The translations under genes were made by a program, and so were the position numbers. The notes beneath the pieces are model-generated. The model worked only from the letters and a program-made list of their open reading frames with translations, made no database searches and had not been told where the DNA came from. 64,000 nt of DNA from Gammaproteobacteria bacterium (GTDB lineage Bacteria > Pseudomonadota > Gammaproteobacteria > SZUA-229). How positions within the stretch are numbered: position 1 is the first letter of the stretch; each line of letters opens with the position of its first letter. Positions 61,487 through 64,000 of the stretch are shown here, piece after piece. The DNA lies in NCBI GenBank assembly GCA_029882355.1, contig JAOUKV010000007.1:10114-74113 (forward strand). Reading direction: 5' to 3'.

Positions 61487-62185
61487 TTATTTACGCTGCC
61501 CAAACAAATCCGTGCCAATCCTGACCATGGTCGCGCCTTCTTCGATGGCAAGATCATAATCTCCCGACATACCCATCGAAAGCTGATCAAAGTCTTCCAT
61601 ATTAAATTTATCCCGACATTCGTCGCGGAGTTTTCTTAAATCCGAAAAGGCTTTGCGGGTTTCTGCTTCATCACCCTGCACGCCGATGGTCATCAAACCG
61701 CGCCATGCAAGATTAGGAAGATTCAATTCAACCAGATCAGACAGTAAAAAAATCGTTTCATCTCGTGACAAACCTGACTTGCTTGCCTCGCCCGATACAT
61801 TCACCTGCAATAAACAATTCAAAATATTATTTGGATTATGTTGTTGCATTGCCGCTGATAATTTCTGCGCCAGCTTTAAACTATCAACCGTATGAATCCA
61901 CTGAAAGTTTTCGGCTACCTGTTTTGATTTTTTGGATTGCAGATGACCGATAAAATGCCATTCAAGAACGGGATTATTGAGTTGCGGTATTTTGGTTAAC
62001 GCATCCTGCACGGTATTTTCACCGAACACGGTTTGACCAGCAGAAATTGCCTGTTCAACTTCGGCCAGACTTCTGGTTTTGGAAACGGCAATCAGACAAA
62101 CGTCATTGGCAGCTCTACCGGCGCCAAGGCTTAACTGCTGAATACGTTCTCTGGTTGATTTGAGATTATCGGCGACATGACTCAT
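61487..62185 (-). CDS. yggS: PLP-homeostasis protein YggS
   Basis: 232 aa; LIAVSKT, FGENTVQD, WHFIGHLQSKK and SMGMSGD are collinear with E. coli YggS. Confidence 0.92.
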   Translation of the reverse strand: MSHVADNLKSTRERIQQLSLGAGRAANDVCLIAVSKTRSLAEVEQAISAGQTVFGENTVQDALTKIPQLNNPVLEWHFIGHLQSKKSKQVAENFQWIHTVDSLKLAQKLSAAMQQHNPNNILNCLLQVNVSGEASKSGLSRDETIFLLSDLVELNLPNLAWRGLMTIGVQGDEAETRKAFSDLRKLRDECRDKFNMEDFDQLSMGMSGDYDLAIEEGATMVRIGTDLFGQRK

Positions 62186-62205
62186 AACGAGATACCGCTC
62201 TTGCG

Positions 62206-63420
62206 TTATTGCGTATAAGTTGAAAAGAAACGCCCGAGTCGTTCAATGGCATTTCGCAGTTCATCTTCTCTAGACAAAAACACGATTCTGAAATGATCGG
62301 GGTCGGGCCAGTTGAAGGCGGTACCCTGAACGATGAGAATTTTTTCCTGCAATAATAAATCCAGCACCATTTTTTCATCATCTTTAATTTTGTGTATCGC
62401 GGGATCCATTTTAGCGAACAAATACATCGCACCTTTGGGTTTAACGCAACTAATACCCGGAATATCGTTGATCAGCTTCCAGGCCAGATCGCGTTGATCA
62501 CGTAGACGTCCACCGGGTACGATCAATTCATTGATACTTTGATAACCACCCAGGGCGGTTTGAATGGCATGTTGCCCCGGCACGTTGGCGCACAAACGCA
62601 TGGAGGCGAGTAAATCTATACCTTCAATATAATCTTTGGCTTTCGATTTAGCACCGCTGATGACCATCCAGCCGGCACGGAAACCTGCCACGCGATATGC
62701 TTTTGAAAGTCCGTTGAAGGTAATAAACAAAACATCATCGGCCAGTGATGCGGTGGAAATATGCTGTGCATCATCGTATACAATCTTGTCATAAATCTCA
62801 TCTGAGAAAACAATAAGATTGTGCTTACGCGCCAGATCAATAATAGCGTCGAGAACCACCGGCGGGTATAAAGCACCGGTAGGGTTATTCGGATTAATGA
62901 TTACAATACCACGAGTATTCTTTGTTATTTTGCGTTCCATGTCTTCAAGATCAGGAGACCAGTCCGATTTTTCGTCGCACAAGTAATGCACCGGTTTGCC
63001 GCCAGATAAACTCACCGAAGCTGTCCACAAAGGATAATCGGGTGCGGGAACTAAAATTTCATCGCCATTATCCAGCAAGGCCTGCATAGACATAACGATC
63101 AGCTCACTGACGCCATTGCCCAGATAGATATCATCAATATCGACACCTTTAATGCCTTTATGCTGACAATACTGCATGACCGCTTTACGACCGGAAAATA
63201 AACCCTTTGAATCACTGTAACCCTGTGAATCACGCACGTTGTGAATCATGTCGACAACGATTTCTTCGGGGGCTTCAAAACCAAAGGGCGCGGGATTACC
63301 AATATTCAATTTGAGAATCTTATGGCCATCCTCTTCCATGCGACGTGCTTCCTGTAACACCTGCCCACGAATGTCGTAACAAACATCGTCCAGCTTATGT
63401 GATTTTTTTATTGTTTTCAT
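62206..63420 (-). CDS. alaA: Glutamate-pyruvate (alanine) aminotransferase AlaA
   Basis: 404 aa, strongly collinear with E. coli AlaA (VCYDIRG, KLNIGNPAPFGF, SKAYRVAGFRAGW, LCANVPGQHAIQTALGG). Confidence 0.93.
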   Translation of the reverse strand: MKTIKKSHKLDDVCYDIRGQVLQEARRMEEDGHKILKLNIGNPAPFGFEAPEEIVVDMIHNVRDSQGYSDSKGLFSGRKAVMQYCQHKGIKGVDIDDIYLGNGVSELIVMSMQALLDNGDEILVPAPDYPLWTASVSLSGGKPVHYLCDEKSDWSPDLEDMERKITKNTRGIVIINPNNPTGALYPPVVLDAIIDLARKHNLIVFSDEIYDKIVYDDAQHISTASLADDVLFITFNGLSKAYRVAGFRAGWMVISGAKSKAKDYIEGIDLLASMRLCANVPGQHAIQTALGGYQSINELIVPGGRLRDQRDLAWKLINDIPGISCVKPKGAMYLFAKMDPAIHKIKDDEKMVLDLLLQEKILIVQGTAFNWPDPDHFRIVFLSREDELRNAIERLGRFFSTYTQ

Positions 63421-63510
63421 TGAACTCAGTCATCTATAAAATTTGTCTCGTATAGATGAGAGTATATATGCTTATTTCTTCAAAAGTGGCTACAGGCGGG
63501 CTTATTATCA

Positions 63511-63546
63511 AAAAAAGATAAAAAAAGACCGGCAAGGCTGCCGGTC
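63511..63546 (-). terminator. Rho-independent terminator of the aminopeptidase gene
   Basis: The minus strand reads GACCGGCAGCCTTGCCGGTC followed by TTTTTTTATCTTTTTTT. Confidence 0.75.
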
Positions 63547-63704
63547 AAAGGGAGAGTTGCTCAAGGGAGTCCACCCGAAGGTGGCAAGAGCAATAACTGA
63601 ATCCAAACATAGGATGAACACAGTTACCTAAAATGAAAAAACTAACTACTGACGCTCATAAGGATAAGGATTCTCAACAAGAATTCAACACAGCTAAATT
63701 ACGG

Positions 63705-64000
63705 TTATTGAAAATATTCTCGCAGTGCACGGTAAAGATAATAAGCATCCCAGCGACCGGCTAATTCACGTATGGAATGCATGGCAAAGGTTGGCACACC
63801 GACATCGATTGCGCGCACACCGATTTCACTTGCCGTAATCGGGCCGATGGTACTACCACAGGCCATATTCGAACGCACAACAAAAGATTGCACCGGCACA
63901 TCGGCTTCTTCACAAATATATCTGAAGGCAGCGCTAGTTTCGCTATTAGATGCATAGCGTTGATTGACATTCATTTTAATCACCGGTCCCTGATTCAATA
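63705..64000 (-). CDS. M18-family aminopeptidase (ApeB-like), C-terminal part; N-terminus beyond window end
   Basis: The C-terminal sequence [37 protein letters not shown] matches the conserved M18 aminopeptidase C-terminus. The ORF continues upstream past position 64000. Confidence 0.75.
   Translation of the reverse strand, partial: LNQGPVIKMNVNQRYASNSETSAAFRYICEEADVPVQSFVVRSNMACGSTIGPITASEIGVRAIDVGVPTFAMHSIRELAGRWDAYYLYRALREYFQ

Noticed and set aside
63443-63631. 62 aa plus-strand ORF between alaA and the aminopeptidase gene
   Set aside because: It spans the terminator hairpin and A/T tracts. There is no RBS and the product is basic and low-complexity.

Overview
This 64 kb window is AT-rich chromosomal DNA, probably from a gammaproteobacterium, and is mostly conserved housekeeping genes. 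They include amidase-tsaE-nnr, serS, crcB, acnB, yejABEF, fabI, ppiD-hupB-lon-clpX-clpP-tig, a tRNA cluster, folD, tatD, rsmJ, trmJ, suhB, rlmM, sbcB, yggS and alaA. Hemerythrin, multihaem cytochromes, a VPLPA/PEP-CTERM protein and many hybrid kinases fit a methanotroph- or sulfur-oxidiser-like lifestyle, but the organism cannot be identified from sequence alone. Three accessory blocks stand out.

The first is a tightly packed minus-strand cluster of 11 signalling genes at 3371-17819. It is headed by a membrane-anchored multihaem cytochrome c (nine CXXCH motifs plus one CX4CH). Behind it come two giant hybrid sensor kinases (one with two receivers and an Hpt domain), a REC-histidine-kinase fusion, three receiver proteins, a PAS/HisKA_3 kinase with a GacA/UvrY-like regulator, a stand-alone bacteriohemerythrin, a REC-EAL phosphodiesterase and an orphan ORF.

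The second is a 2.8 kb islet at 40170-42993. It is bracketed by a perfect 46 bp direct repeat of the 3' half of tRNA-Lys, which is the mark of tyrosine-integrase attL/attR sites. It carries an IS30-family element with 30 bp inverted repeats, a VPLPA/PEP-CTERM sorting-signal protein and a small orphan ORF, but no integrase.

The third is a four-gene operon at 44422-46774 encoding two DUF1538 membrane proteins, a PII-like protein and a CBS-pair protein. It looks like an uncharacterised, ligand-gated transport system.

Other points are an apparent 1-nt deletion that splits lon, an aberrant tRNA-Val-like gene, an orphan CbbQ/CbbO (NorQ/NorD)-type AAA+/VWA pair, and a c-di-GMP module (DUF2892, GGDEF-EAL and a convergent yajQ). 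No CRISPR array was found.
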